Assembly: GCA_047651235.1 (NCBI GenBank)
Contig: CP178758.1
Location: 960,001-992,000, forward strand
Length of the DNA stretch: 32,000 nt
Reading direction: 5' to 3'
Source of the DNA: Candidatus Electrothrix yaqonensis
GTDB lineage: Bacteria > Desulfobacterota > Desulfobulbia > Desulfobulbales > Desulfobulbaceae
Below, one piece after another: positions 7,652 to 16,728 of the stretch; the stretch's first letter is position 1; each line of letters begins with the position of its first letter. The position numbers were made by a program, and so were the translations under genes. The notes under the pieces were generated by a model. That model was not told where the DNA came from. It saw only the letters and a list, made by a program, of their open reading frames with translations, and did not search any database.

Positions 7652-8739
7652 GCGGACGAACGGAAACAGAATCGTCTCTGCTTGACCGTTATCCGGTCCT
7701 GGGTATCTGCGGCTGCAGCGGTGCCGGCAAGACAACCCTGATTGAGGCCCTGATTCCCCGGCTGCGTGCTTTGCAGCTGCAGGTGGTGGTAGTCAAGGAT
7801 GGCGCCCGGAATGTCCGGATTGATGCGCCCGGAAAAGACAGCGACCGTTTTTTTTCCGCTGGAGCAGATGTTGCCCTGCTGGGAGAGCAGCATTTTATCC
7901 GGCACCATCGGCAAGGCAACCTGACCGCCTTTCTGGTCACGCTCTGTTCTTCCTATGATATTGTCCTGGTGGAAGGCCATGCCGCCACAGATGTACCCAA
8001 GATCTGGCTGTCCGGCCCTGCAGGCCGGAGCGGTACAAGAGGAGGTACACGTGGTACGCCGCCGGAAAGCAGGGGGAAAATCATTGCTGCACTGACCAGA
8101 GAGGAGGCCACAGTGGACCGGGTTTTTGCGATGACCAGCTCGCTGCTGAAAAAAGCGTGGCAGCAGACACCGACCTGGGGCTGTGTACTGATCGGCGGCA
8201 GAAGCAGACGGATGGGGCAGCCCAAGCACCTTATCCGGGAAGGAAAAAAAAGAAAAACCTGGCTGGAATATGCGGTGGAAAAACTGACCCCGCAGGTGGA
8301 TCAGGTGGTGCTTTCCGGCTCAGGCCGGATTCCTGCAACCCTTTCTGCGCTGCCCCGCGTCCCTGATGCTCCGGGGCTGGCCGGGCCGCTGGCCGGAGTT
8401 CTGTCGGTCATGCGCTGGCAGCGTGCTGTTTCCTGGCTGGTTATGGCCTGTGATCTGCCCGATGTACAGCCGGAAAGCCTGCAGTGGCTTTTGGCGCAGC
8501 GCAGGCCCGGTCTCCGGGCTGTTGTCCCGGATCTGCAGAATGACGGGCATCTTGAACCGTTGCTGGCCTGGTATGATTTCCGCTGCCGTCCGCTGCTGGA
8601 AAACATTGCCGCCTCCGGTTCTCTGCGTGTCAGCCAGCTGGCCGAACAGACCGGAGTCCTCCGTGGGCAACCTCCGGAACATCTGCACGGCTCCTGGCGA
8701 AACGTCAATACCCCTGCTCAGCTTGTTTCAGGCAGGTAA
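7648..8739 (+). CDS. mobA: MobB-MobA fusion (molybdopterin-guanine dinucleotide biosynthesis adapter plus molybdenum cofactor guanylyltransferase)
   Basis: The N-terminal part carries the Walker A motif GICGCSGAGKTTLIEAL and ...VVVKDG.... After a Gly/Thr/Arg linker, the C-terminal part reads VLIGGRSRRMGQPKHL..., ...DAPGLAGPLAGVLS... and ...LVMACDLPDV... (MobA). The GTG start overlaps the mqnD stop (GTGA). Confidence 0.8.
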   Translation: MSGRTETESSLLDRYPVLGICGCSGAGKTTLIEALIPRLRALQLQVVVVKDGARNVRIDAPGKDSDRFFSAGADVALLGEQHFIRHHRQGNLTAFLVTLCSSYDIVLVEGHAATDVPKIWLSGPAGRSGTRGGTRGTPPESRGKIIAALTREEATVDRVFAMTSSLLKKAWQQTPTWGCVLIGGRSRRMGQPKHLIREGKKRKTWLEYAVEKLTPQVDQVVLSGSGRIPATLSALPRVPDAPGLAGPLAGVLSVMRWQRAVSWLVMACDLPDVQPESLQWLLAQRRPGLRAVVPDLQNDGHLEPLLAWYDFRCRPLLENIAASGSLRVSQLAEQTGVLRGQPPEHLHGSWRNVNTPAQLVSGR

Positions 8740-8779
8740 GCGCAAACAAAAAGAGGATCTGCCGTACAATGGAGATCAG

Positions 8780-10282
8780 ATGCTGATTATCCCTGTGTCC
8801 GACAGCCGCCGTTTCCCCTGGCTCACCCTGCTGCTCATTCTGCTGAACTGCGGAGTGTATTTTGTTCTGCAGCATGGCGACCAGCAGGGATACATGGGAG
8901 CTCTGTCCTGGGCGCGCTCTTCCGGGCTGCTGAAAATAGAACTGCAGGTCTACCAGGAATTTCTTCAGCGCCGCCATGAACCGATTCCTGATTTTCTCCG
9001 GAATACGGAAAAATCTACAGCGGTTTTTCAGCACCTTGCCGGAGACGATCAGTTTCAGTGCGCCCTGCGGAAACAGATTCTGATTCCCCCTGCTGATCCG
9101 CGTTTTGCCGACTGGTTGCCCAAGCGGCAGGTGTTTGAGGCAAAGCTCAACCAGATACCGGCGTACCGTTTCGGGTATTCTCCGGCCCGGAAAAACTATC
9201 CCGGCATCATCACCTATATGTTTTTCCACCAGGGGATTATCCGTTTTATCGGGAATATGCTTTTCCTCTGGTTTATCGGCTCCTGGATGGAGATCGGCGC
9301 TGGCCGCTGTCTGTATCTCAATCTCTATCTGCTTACAGGCGGATTTTCTGCCCTGACCTACGGATTTCTGTATCCGCTCTGTCAGGGACCGTTGCTCGGA
9401 GCAGCCGGGGCGATTGCCGGGCTTATGGGCGCGTATCTGCTGCTGTATGGTGGTCAGCGGAGCAGGATACGCTGTTCGCTCGGCTTCTGCGGCGGACATA
9501 CTGCTGTATTCGGTTGGTTCCTCTTTCCATTCTGGCTGAGCAAAGAGGTGTACCTATATATTCATGGAATGGAGTCGCAGGAAAGCTGTATTGCGCAGTT
9601 GGGCGGTCTGCTTGCCGGTCTGCTGTTTGCTGCTGTGCTGCTGGTGAAAAGAAGAAATGCTCCGGCAGTTCCTGTGATGCAGGAGGTGCAGGAGAAAAGG
9701 GAAGAGCGGGAGGAGGAAAAGGAACAGCTGCCCGATATATCCGGGAGGGTGCTGCCTGATCTGTCCGGGATGCCGGAAACGATCAGCGAGGGGGACAGAA
9801 AAGAAATTCTCCGGATGCTGGAGCAGGAACCGGAGAATCTGACCGCTCTGGTTCAGCTGTTCCGGCTTGATAAACGCACCCCGAATACGGAGCGGTTCCA
9901 CCGCACTGCGGGAAAACTGCTCCGGTATTTGGCAGAGCACGAACAGGGCCGGGATATAGAGATGTATTTTCAGGAGTATCAACAGGCCAGCGGTATGCCG
10001 CGTCTGCAGCCCCCGGTGCTGCTTGCGCTGGCAAGGGCATATATCGCTTCCGGTAAAACAGCCCGGTCTGGCCGCTTTCTCCTCCTGCTCCTCAAGCAAC
10101 GGCCCGGCTATCCGGGCCTGCCCTCCTGCCTGTTCAAGCTGGCCTGCGCCTACAGAGAACAGGGCAACGACGTGCGGGCGGAAAAATGCTTTCAGCTGAT
10201 CTGCAGGAAATATCCGCAGACCCTGATCAGTCAGGAGGCGGAAGAGCAGCTTACCCTGCCGTACAGGGTTGCGGTACGGTAA
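8780..10282 (+). CDS. Rhomboid-family membrane protein lacking the catalytic Ser/His dyad, with a C-terminal TPR-like domain
   Basis: In-frame ATG at 8780 of track ORF 8366..10282; the upstream part overlaps mobA. Rhomboid TM2 motif FFHQGIIRFIGNMLFLWFIG. The TM4 motif reads GAAGAIAGLMGAY where GxSG is expected. The TM6 motif reads AQLGGLLAGL where AHxGG is expected. The C-terminal ~200 aa are helical and TPR-like (LALARAYIASGK..., LACAYREQGN...). Confidence 0.8.
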   Translation: MLIIPVSDSRRFPWLTLLLILLNCGVYFVLQHGDQQGYMGALSWARSSGLLKIELQVYQEFLQRRHEPIPDFLRNTEKSTAVFQHLAGDDQFQCALRKQILIPPADPRFADWLPKRQVFEAKLNQIPAYRFGYSPARKNYPGIITYMFFHQGIIRFIGNMLFLWFIGSWMEIGAGRCLYLNLYLLTGGFSALTYGFLYPLCQGPLLGAAGAIAGLMGAYLLLYGGQRSRIRCSLGFCGGHTAVFGWFLFPFWLSKEVYLYIHGMESQESCIAQLGGLLAGLLFAAVLLVKRRNAPAVPVMQEVQEKREEREEEKEQLPDISGRVLPDLSGMPETISEGDRKEILRMLEQEPENLTALVQLFRLDKRTPNTERFHRTAGKLLRYLAEHEQGRDIEMYFQEYQQASGMPRLQPPVLLALARAYIASGKTARSGRFLLLLLKQRPGYPGLPSCLFKLACAYREQGNDVRAEKCFQLICRKYPQTLISQEAEEQLTLPYRVAVR

Positions 10283-10287
10283 AGTTT

Positions 10288-10887
10288 ATGCTATCATTAA
10301 ACACTGCAGTAATCCGGCAGAAACAGTTTTTTCTGCGTATCCTCCTGACAACCGCCTACCTGCTGACCATCTATTCAACCCTCGGCATTGCCCGGCCTGC
10401 AGCTGAATTTCTCCGCACAAAAGGACTGCTCATCCCGACAGTCATTCTTCTTTTCATCGGCTTCACCCCTCTTATCCTGTTCTGGCGATACACAGCAATC
10501 CGGCAGAAACAGCTTTTTCTGCGCATCCTCCTGATGACTGCCCTACTCTGCATTGCCGTCCTGATCCCGGCCCTCCCTGAAGAACGCCTGCATTTCCTTA
10601 CCTACGGGCTGGCGGGTTGGCTTATCTGCTGGAGTCAGGAAGCGATGATAGGCAGGTCGGAAGCAGCAGAGAGGAATCGCCTGAAAAAACTTTGGCTCGT
10701 TCCCTGCCTGCTGGTCTGGCTGGCAGGCGGTGTGGACGAACTGATCCAGTGGGTGCTGCCCACACGGGTGTTTGACATTCGGGACATACTGTTCAACAGC
10801 ATAGCCGGAACAGCAGGCGTTACGCTCTTTGCCACCGGCAGAAGAGAGAAGAAAGGACAGCGGGACGGAGAGAATCAGGCCGTCTGA
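10288..10887 (+). CDS. VanZ-like family membrane protein
   Basis: ATG at 10288, 5 nt after the rhomboid stop. It has several TM helices, with HFLTYGLAGWL... and ...GGVDELIQWVLPTRVFDIRDILFNSIAGTAGV typical of VanZ-like proteins. Confidence 0.7.
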   Translation: MLSLNTAVIRQKQFFLRILLTTAYLLTIYSTLGIARPAAEFLRTKGLLIPTVILLFIGFTPLILFWRYTAIRQKQLFLRILLMTALLCIAVLIPALPEERLHFLTYGLAGWLICWSQEAMIGRSEAAERNRLKKLWLVPCLLVWLAGGVDELIQWVLPTRVFDIRDILFNSIAGTAGVTLFATGRREKKGQRDGENQAV

Positions 10888-10929
10888 TTCCGGACCATTT
10901 TTTCAGAACAGAATACAGATCTGTGCAGA

Positions 10930-11580
10930 TCAGCTTATCCGCATCCTCCCCAGCACACTCTCCCCGGCCCGTACTTTCTGTCCTTTGCTGACCGTTACCT
11001 CGGTTCCCTTGGGCAGATACAGATCAACCCGTGAACCGAAACGGATCAGGCCGTAGCGCTGCCCGGCCCGGAGCCGATCTCCCGGTTCGGCCCGGCAGAT
11101 GATCCGGCGGGCAATAAGCCCGGCAACTTGGACGACGGCATACTGCTGCTGCGCTGCTGTGCTGACGAGCAGAGCGCAGTATTCATTATGCAGAACCGCT
11201 TTATCCTGGTCCGCAGAATAGAATTTTCCCGGCTGCAGCAGAACACGCTCCACTATTCCGGCAAAGGGCACCCGGTTGACATGCACATTAAATACGTTCA
11301 TAAAAATAGAAATCCGGACAACATCTTGGCGGAGAAAACGGTCATCAGCCATCTCCTGCACTGCAATAACCTTGCCGTCTGCCGGACAGATAATTGCGTC
11401 AGGGGCTTCCGGCAGAATGCGGGCTGGATTACGAAAGAACCAGGTCACAAAGGCCGTACAGGTCAGCCCGGTGAAAGCGGCGATCTGATAACCGAGCAGG
11501 GCGCAGATAAGGGTGGCAAAGCCGCAGAACAGGATAAACGGGACGCCTTCTTCGGCAATGGAAAATGAAGGTTTGGTCAT
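10930..11580 (-). CDS. psd: Phosphatidylserine decarboxylase proenzyme (short, Asd-type)
   Basis: From the internal ATG (11578-11580), MTKPSFSIAEEGVPFI.... Self-cleavage motif context GLIRFGSRVDLYLP near the C-terminus. The track ORF extends 30 codons further (to 11670), so the start is uncertain. Confidence 0.8.
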   Translation of the reverse strand: MTKPSFSIAEEGVPFILFCGFATLICALLGYQIAAFTGLTCTAFVTWFFRNPARILPEAPDAIICPADGKVIAVQEMADDRFLRQDVVRISIFMNVFNVHVNRVPFAGIVERVLLQPGKFYSADQDKAVLHNEYCALLVSTAAQQQYAVVQVAGLIARRIICRAEPGDRLRAGQRYGLIRFGSRVDLYLPKGTEVTVSKGQKVRAGESVLGRMRIS

Positions 11581-11705
11581 GTCGATATCTTTGAAAGAAA
11601 AGGGAGAAATGCTGCGAAAGACAGGCAGGAAAAGAGAGGCGTTCTCAGAGGCATGAGAAAAACAACCCATACCTCTGAAAAACGTATATCATAGAAGGGG
11701 CTGGT

Positions 11706-12188
11706 TTATTTTTTTGGCGCCCGCGCCATCGCAATGGTGCCTGTCCGGATAACCTCTTTGATGCCGATGGGACGGAGCAGGTCAATCACTGCTTTAATTT
11801 TGGACTCCGGACCAGTGATCTCCACTGCATAGGAGGTCGGGCTGACATCCACCACCTTGCCGCGAAAGATATCGATCACCCGCAGCACTTCGGCCCTGGT
11901 TCCGGCTTCGGCCTTGACCCGGATAAGCACCATCTCGCGCTCAACATATTCGCCTTCGCTGATATCAGACACCTTGATGACATCGATCAGCTTATGGAGC
12001 TGCTTGGTGATCTGCTCGATAATCGCATCACTACCCCGTGTTACCAGAGTCAGGCAGGAAACCTTGGGATCAAAGGTCTCGGCCACGCAGAGGCTTTCAA
12101 TATTAAATCCCCGACCGCTGAAAAGACCGGTAACCCGTGAAAGGGCCCCGGGTTTATTCTGAAGTAAAACAGAAAGAGTATGTTTCAT
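11706..12188 (-). CDS. ilvN: Acetolactate synthase small (regulatory) subunit
   Basis: 160-aa ORF MKHTLSVLLQNKPGALSRVTGLFSGRGFNIESL... (ACT domain), directly downstream of the large subunit. Confidence 0.9.
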   Translation of the reverse strand: MKHTLSVLLQNKPGALSRVTGLFSGRGFNIESLCVAETFDPKVSCLTLVTRGSDAIIEQITKQLHKLIDVIKVSDISEGEYVEREMVLIRVKAEAGTRAEVLRVIDIFRGKVVDVSPTSYAVEITGPESKIKAVIDLLRPIGIKEVIRTGTIAMARAPKK

Positions 12189-12262
12189 TGGTTTGATCCT
12201 GTTCGATAGTTCATGGAATGTTCAGCTTCCTGACAAAGCCCTGTCGGCTCTTTCTTCTTTCT

Positions 12263-13966
12263 TTACACAAGCAGCATTTCCGTGGTCGCCCCTCCGGCAG
12301 GAACCATCGGAAAAACACACTCTTCACGATTAACGGCAAAATCCATGATCACGACTTTGTCCTGCACAGCCAGGGCTTCTTTGATTACCGGCTCAACCTC
12401 GTCCTTTGTCTTGGCGCGTAGCCCCACAGCACCATAGGCTTTGGCCAGCTCGACAAAATCCGGGGTAACCTCCATCGGGGTCCCGGCATAGCGTCTATCG
12501 TAGAACAGCTGCTGCCACTGGCGGACCATGCCCAGGTAGTTGTTATTGAGGATGGCGACTTTCACCGGGGTGCCATACTGTTTGGCTGTGGCCAGTTCCT
12601 GAATGTTCATCTGAATGGAACCGTCCCCGGCGATATCAATGACCGTGGCATCGGGAAAGGCCATTTTGGCCCCGATGGCTGCCGGCAGGCCGTATCCCAT
12701 AGTGCCCAGTCCGCCGGAGGTCAGGAGATGGCGGGGTTTGTTGAATTTGTAGAACTGGGCCGCCCACATCTGGTTCTGCCCGACCTCGGTGGTGATAAGA
12801 GCATCTCCGCCGGTGAGCCTGTTGATGACCTCAACCACATACTGCGGCTTGATGACATCTCCTTCCTCTGTATAGGCCAGGGGATGCTTTTCATTCCACT
12901 CATTCACCTGCTTACGCCAGGGGGAATATTTTTCGGCAAAGGCAGCGGAATCAAAGTCCTCACAGCTGTCAAACCACTCGTTCATTGCCTTCAGGGCTTT
13001 TCTGCAGTCCGCAACAATGGGGATATCCACTTCCACATTCTTGGAAATAGAGGTCGGATCGATATCAATATGGACAACTTTTGCATCCGGGGCGAATTTA
13101 TCCAGCCGCCCGGTAATGCGGTCATCAAAACGGGCACCCACCGCGATGATCAGATCGCTCTTGGCCACCATCATATTGGCGGCATAAGAGCCGTGCATCC
13201 CTAACATGCCCATGGAGAGCGGGTTGGTGCCGGGAAATCCGCCCAGTCCCATCAGCGTCATGGTCACCGGAATCTGGGTTCTCTTGGCCAGCTCGGTCAT
13301 CTCTTCACTGGCATTGGATAGGATAACCCCGCCGCCGATATAAAACACCGGGCGTTCCGCCTCAAAAAAGGCCTTGCAGGCCTTGGCAACCTGACCGGGA
13401 TGCGGTTCCGTATTGGGCTGATAGGTCTTCATCCGGATTTCCTGTTTTTCCGGAAAATCGACCATGGAGCCGATCACGTCTTTGGGCAGATCAACAAGGA
13501 CCGGCCCGGGTCGGCCCGAAGAAGCCAGATAGAAGGCCTCCCGGATAACCGGAACCAGATCATCCGGATCGCTGACCAGATAGTTATGTTTGGTGCAGGG
13601 ACGTGTTATCCCGACGATGTCCACCTCCTGAAAAGCGTCGTTGCCGATCAGCGCTCTGGGCACCTGGCCGGTGAACACGACAACAGGGATGGAATCCATA
13701 TAGGCTGTGGCAATGCCGGTCACGCCGTTGGTGGCCCCGGGGCCGGAAGTCAGCAGGGCCACACCGGTCTTGCCGCTGGCCCGGGCATAGCCGTCCGCCG
13801 CATGGACAGCACCCTGCTCGTGACGGACCAGGACGTTTTTGATTGCCGTATTGGCCAGCTCGTCATACAGATCGATGATCACGCCGCCCGGAAAACCGAA
13901 AATGGTATCAACCCCTTCTTCCTGCAGACATTGGATAAAGGCCTTTGCACCTGTAATTTTGCTCAT
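12263..13966 (-). CDS. ilvB: Acetolactate synthase large (catalytic) subunit, biosynthetic type
   Basis: ThDP-enzyme motifs ...IFGFPGG..., ...RHEQGAVHAADGYARASGK... and ...GLGTMGYGLPAAIGAK...IAGDGS...NNN.LGMV. The likely start is the internal ATG at 13964-13966 (MSKITGAKAF), preceded by aaggaa. The track ORF starts 13 codons earlier. Confidence 0.9.
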   Translation of the reverse strand: MSKITGAKAFIQCLQEEGVDTIFGFPGGVIIDLYDELANTAIKNVLVRHEQGAVHAADGYARASGKTGVALLTSGPGATNGVTGIATAYMDSIPVVVFTGQVPRALIGNDAFQEVDIVGITRPCTKHNYLVSDPDDLVPVIREAFYLASSGRPGPVLVDLPKDVIGSMVDFPEKQEIRMKTYQPNTEPHPGQVAKACKAFFEAERPVFYIGGGVILSNASEEMTELAKRTQIPVTMTLMGLGGFPGTNPLSMGMLGMHGSYAANMMVAKSDLIIAVGARFDDRITGRLDKFAPDAKVVHIDIDPTSISKNVEVDIPIVADCRKALKAMNEWFDSCEDFDSAAFAEKYSPWRKQVNEWNEKHPLAYTEEGDVIKPQYVVEVINRLTGGDALITTEVGQNQMWAAQFYKFNKPRHLLTSGGLGTMGYGLPAAIGAKMAFPDATVIDIAGDGSIQMNIQELATAKQYGTPVKVAILNNNYLGMVRQWQQLFYDRRYAGTPMEVTPDFVELAKAYGAVGLRAKTKDEVEPVIKEALAVQDKVVIMDFAVNREECVFPMVPAGGATTEMLLV

Positions 13967-14066
13967 CGGAGATTCCTTTCCTTGTTTGTTGGAACGCCCG
14001 GTCATCCGGCCCGCGCGCAGAGTCGATGACTCAGTATTTCAGTGAATATATGAAGATTAGGTTCGG

Positions 14067-14095
14067 AATATATAGTTGATAAAAAATCATGTCAA
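14067..14095 (-). promoter_or_regulatory. Candidate sigma70-type promoter for ilvBN
   Basis: Minus strand reads TTGACA (14095-14090), a 17-nt spacer, then TATATT (14072-14067). This lies about 100 nt upstream of the ilvB start. Confidence 0.4.
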
Positions 14096-14270
14096 GGTGA
14101 AACAGGGAGGACATCCGTAGCAGGCGGAGTTTTTTCTTTTTTTTAAATATACAGGCGGGAACTCCGCCGGTCAGCCAGGGCTGTTCAATTCTATAAGAGC
14201 TTGTATTTTCAAGACGTATGCAGTAATTGATACAGAAAAACTTTACACGAGGATTCTGCATGCTGTTTTT

Positions 14271-14600
14271 TTGCTGAACACAATCAAAGATCATCGACGC
14301 GGGCAGGGCCGGCGATATGAGCTTACGCATATTCTTCTGTTTTCGATCATGGCGATCCTGAGCGGTTCGGATTCTTATCGCAAAATCCATCTGTTCGTTG
14401 ATGCGCATCGTGAAAGGCTCAATGAATATTTCGGCCTGGACTGGAAAAAAGCTCCTGCATATACAACGATCCGCACTGTCATTCTGAATACTTCCGGTTC
14501 GGAACTTGAGCGGATTTTCAGGGAGCACGGCAAAGCTCTCGCGGAAGAGGAACCGGACGAAATAAAGTTATAATCAGGGCGATTGACGGGTATTTTTTTG
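14271..14600 (+). pseudogene. Truncated and frameshifted ISAs1-family (H-repeat-associated) transposase, N-terminal fragment only
   Basis: 100-aa ORF ...IKDHRRGQGRRYELTHILLFSIMAILSGSDSYRKIHLFVDAHRERL... matches the DDE_Tnp_1-associated N-terminal domain pattern (D.R....R..L..IL......L.G..S...I..F). After the stop at 14571-14573, another frame reads ...IIRAIDG, the family's conserved IAIDGK block. It then diverges and stops. The ~270-aa DDE catalytic part is missing. Confidence 0.65.
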
Positions 14601-15021
14601 ATAGCTGTTATCAGGTGCTAGCTTGATCAAAAAGCGATAAAATCTTCCTAATGAAAGATACAACTTTATCCGGATATTGCAAGAAGTTTTTACAAACAGA
14701 TCAAAAGGTTATGGTTGACAAAGTAGAAGTATACAGAAGATCCATCAGCAGGCCGGAGAACAGGTATAGCAGAAGCCAGCACCGCCCGATGGAAAAGGAG
14801 AAACCGAGCAGGAAGAGATGACGTAAACTGTTCAGCTGGCGTGGGTAGGAGGATTGGGCAGGAGGAATTTCCGTTCTCTTCCTCTGCCACCCGGCAAGGT
14901 GCGGTCATGCAGGCCCTCCGGCGCAGTGCGGGCGGCCTGTTCTGTTCTGCCGGGCAATTGCTCAAAGTCAGAGAGGCTCATTGCGTTGCTCCTGTTTTCA
15001 GCGCAACACGGGATTTTTTTA

Positions 15022-16728
15022 TCAAAAATCAAATTTCCAGATGCCGGTGGCGGCATCAGCCAGCCGTTTCTGCCGGGCCGCGATCTTCTGTTCATTCCAG
15101 CTGTCATAATGCTCGGCAACAGCGCGGGTCATCTGAAATGCGCTCTCCTGATAGACTGCCCGCTTGACTGCGTAGTCCTCATTGCCGAGGTCCCGGTTGC
15201 GGCTGGTTTCCAGCGGTGTCATATTGCCGATCCGGTAGATCATCTGCTCCTGTTTGGGTTCCTCCATAAAAGACCATGCTTCGGAAGGATGTTCCGGCAG
15301 AATGTGCTCCAGACTGTACGACGCGCTTTCCAATTCAAAATCATTGCCATACAGCTGACGCTCTATCTCAAAGAGGATATAGCGCACCACCTTTTTATTG
15401 CGGCGGTTTGTGGTGCGGAATTCTTTTTCCGCAAAGGCCGTCCTGAATTGATTGTCGTCAGGATACACCTCCCGCAGTGCAGCAAACAGCTCGACAGGGT
15501 TTGCGTACTCTCTGCCGGAAACCTTGCGGGAAATTGCATTATACAACCTTTCCTGCTCATGCGTCTGCAGATTGCAGATTACATTGTAGCGGAAAGACAC
15601 TACCGTAATGGCCCGTATGATGCGCGTGAACAGCGACCGATCGGATTCATAGTACTGGTCATGGCAGGTCAGCAGCATGGCCAGCGGCTGCCGTACGCTG
15701 AACATCCTGAGCTGCTTAAGGTAATCTCGTTCATCAGAATTCCACAGACTGTCCTGAGCATCCCGGAGGGCTGCGTACACAGCGGCTGACTGATCCAGAT
15801 TCCGTAACAGTTCAAAGGCGGCTTCCCGCGAGGCGATCTGTTTGCGGATGGTCTTGAACAGCTCCGATTTCCGGGTCAGCTTGTTGCGGCTGTTCCAGAA
15901 AACCCGGAGAAATTCCGGAAAGCTCTCGCTGCCCAGCAGACCGACGATCCGCTCCCAGCGGTCCTCCAATGCCTTCAGTTCTGCCTCATGGATGTTCCGG
16001 GTGCTGATAATAGAAAAAAGATAATTTTTCAGCAGGTCAGTTGCTGACAGTCGCACCCCGCGAGCGTTCAGGGTTTCAAAGACTTTGAAGGCGTTCAGCT
16101 CGTCCGTTACGGTGATGACCGTGAACAGGAGTTTGTCTACCAGACTGTCCACAAAGGAGGCCAGCTCTCTGCCGCTCTCCGTTGTGGTTCCGCAGCGGAT
16201 TCTGATGCGTTCTTTGAACCAAATGAACGCCTTGCGCAGCTTGTGCTCGGAGGCATTCAGTCCGCGCTGCGGCAGTTTCTCTAAAGGCACCAGATAGGTC
16301 TGATAAAAGCGGTTGTTATGCCGATTCAGTTCCAATTTGGAGCGCGGCACCAAAATCACCGGATCAAGATAACCAATATAGCTGTTCTGCAGCTGCTCCC
16401 TGCGTCGGTCATTGTTCTGCGCGTCCAGATCAGCCGCAGCCAGGTCTTTCAGATGGCTCAGGCCGGCCAGAATCATTACGCTGAGGGTTGCCAGCCGCTG
16501 CTGGCCGTCAATGATGTCGAACTGCTTGCTGTCCGAGGATTGCAGTACCAGATACCCCATGTAGTGGGCCGGTTCGCCGTCCGGATCAAAGAGGCCGAGC
16601 AGATCCTGCCAGAGGTCATCCCATTCGTCTTCTGTCCACGAATAATCGCGCTGAAAGGGCGGCACCTTGTAGCTGAGTCCGTTGCCCAGCAGCTGCCGGA
16701 AGGTGGAGTTGTTTGTGTTGAAATTCAT
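15022..16728 (-). CDS. DUF262 + DUF1524 protein (GmrSD-like type IV, modification-dependent restriction endonuclease family)
   Basis: 568-aa ORF. The N-terminus has ...YKVPPFQRDYSWTEDEWDDLWQDL... and ...IIDGQQRLATL (DUF262/ParB-like NTPase motifs). The C-terminus has ...YSLEHILPEHP... and ...IGNMTPLETSRNRDLGN (His-Me/HNH-like DUF1524). Confidence 0.8.
   Translation of the reverse strand: MNFNTNNSTFRQLLGNGLSYKVPPFQRDYSWTEDEWDDLWQDLLGLFDPDGEPAHYMGYLVLQSSDSKQFDIIDGQQRLATLSVMILAGLSHLKDLAAADLDAQNNDRRREQLQNSYIGYLDPVILVPRSKLELNRHNNRFYQTYLVPLEKLPQRGLNASEHKLRKAFIWFKERIRIRCGTTTESGRELASFVDSLVDKLLFTVITVTDELNAFKVFETLNARGVRLSATDLLKNYLFSIISTRNIHEAELKALEDRWERIVGLLGSESFPEFLRVFWNSRNKLTRKSELFKTIRKQIASREAAFELLRNLDQSAAVYAALRDAQDSLWNSDERDYLKQLRMFSVRQPLAMLLTCHDQYYESDRSLFTRIIRAITVVSFRYNVICNLQTHEQERLYNAISRKVSGREYANPVELFAALREVYPDDNQFRTAFAEKEFRTTNRRNKKVVRYILFEIERQLYGNDFELESASYSLEHILPEHPSEAWSFMEEPKQEQMIYRIGNMTPLETSRNRDLGNEDYAVKRAVYQESAFQMTRAVAEHYDSWNEQKIAARQKRLADAATGIWKFDF

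Noticed and set aside
6758-8229. Long minus-strand ORFs 6758..7735 (325 aa) and 7501..8229 (242 aa)
   Set aside because: They are antisense to mqnD and mobBA, which have strong family motifs. The composition is typical of GC-rich antisense frames.
8366-8779. 5' extension of the 638-aa track ORF upstream of the rhomboid gene
   Set aside because: It overlaps the MobA coding frame. The rhomboid-like sequence and first TM helix begin at the in-frame ATG at 8780.
8705-10099. Minus-strand ORFs 8705..9499 and 9554..10099
   Set aside because: They are antisense to the rhomboid/TPR gene and have no recognisable motifs.
13400-14029. 209-aa + strand ORF inside ilvB
   Set aside because: It is the antisense shadow of the acetolactate synthase large subunit.
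14123-14168. 9-bp inverted repeat ggcggagtt / aactccgcc flanking a T/A-rich 28-nt loop
   Set aside because: The loop is too large, and there is no U-tract after the 3' arm on either strand to call a terminator. It could be an IS-end remnant, but I cannot support that.
14031-14528. 165-aa minus-strand ORF across the ilvB upstream region and IS fragment
   Set aside because: It runs through the candidate ilvB promoter and antisense to the transposase fragment. It is AT-rich and low-complexity (KKKKLRLL) with no SD, so it is probably not coding.
14690-15789. ORFs 14690..14965, 14832..15119, 14841..15167 and 14854..15789
   Set aside because: The first three lie in the degraded spacer with Arg/Pro/Ala-rich junk translations. 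The last is antisense to the DUF262/DUF1524 gene.
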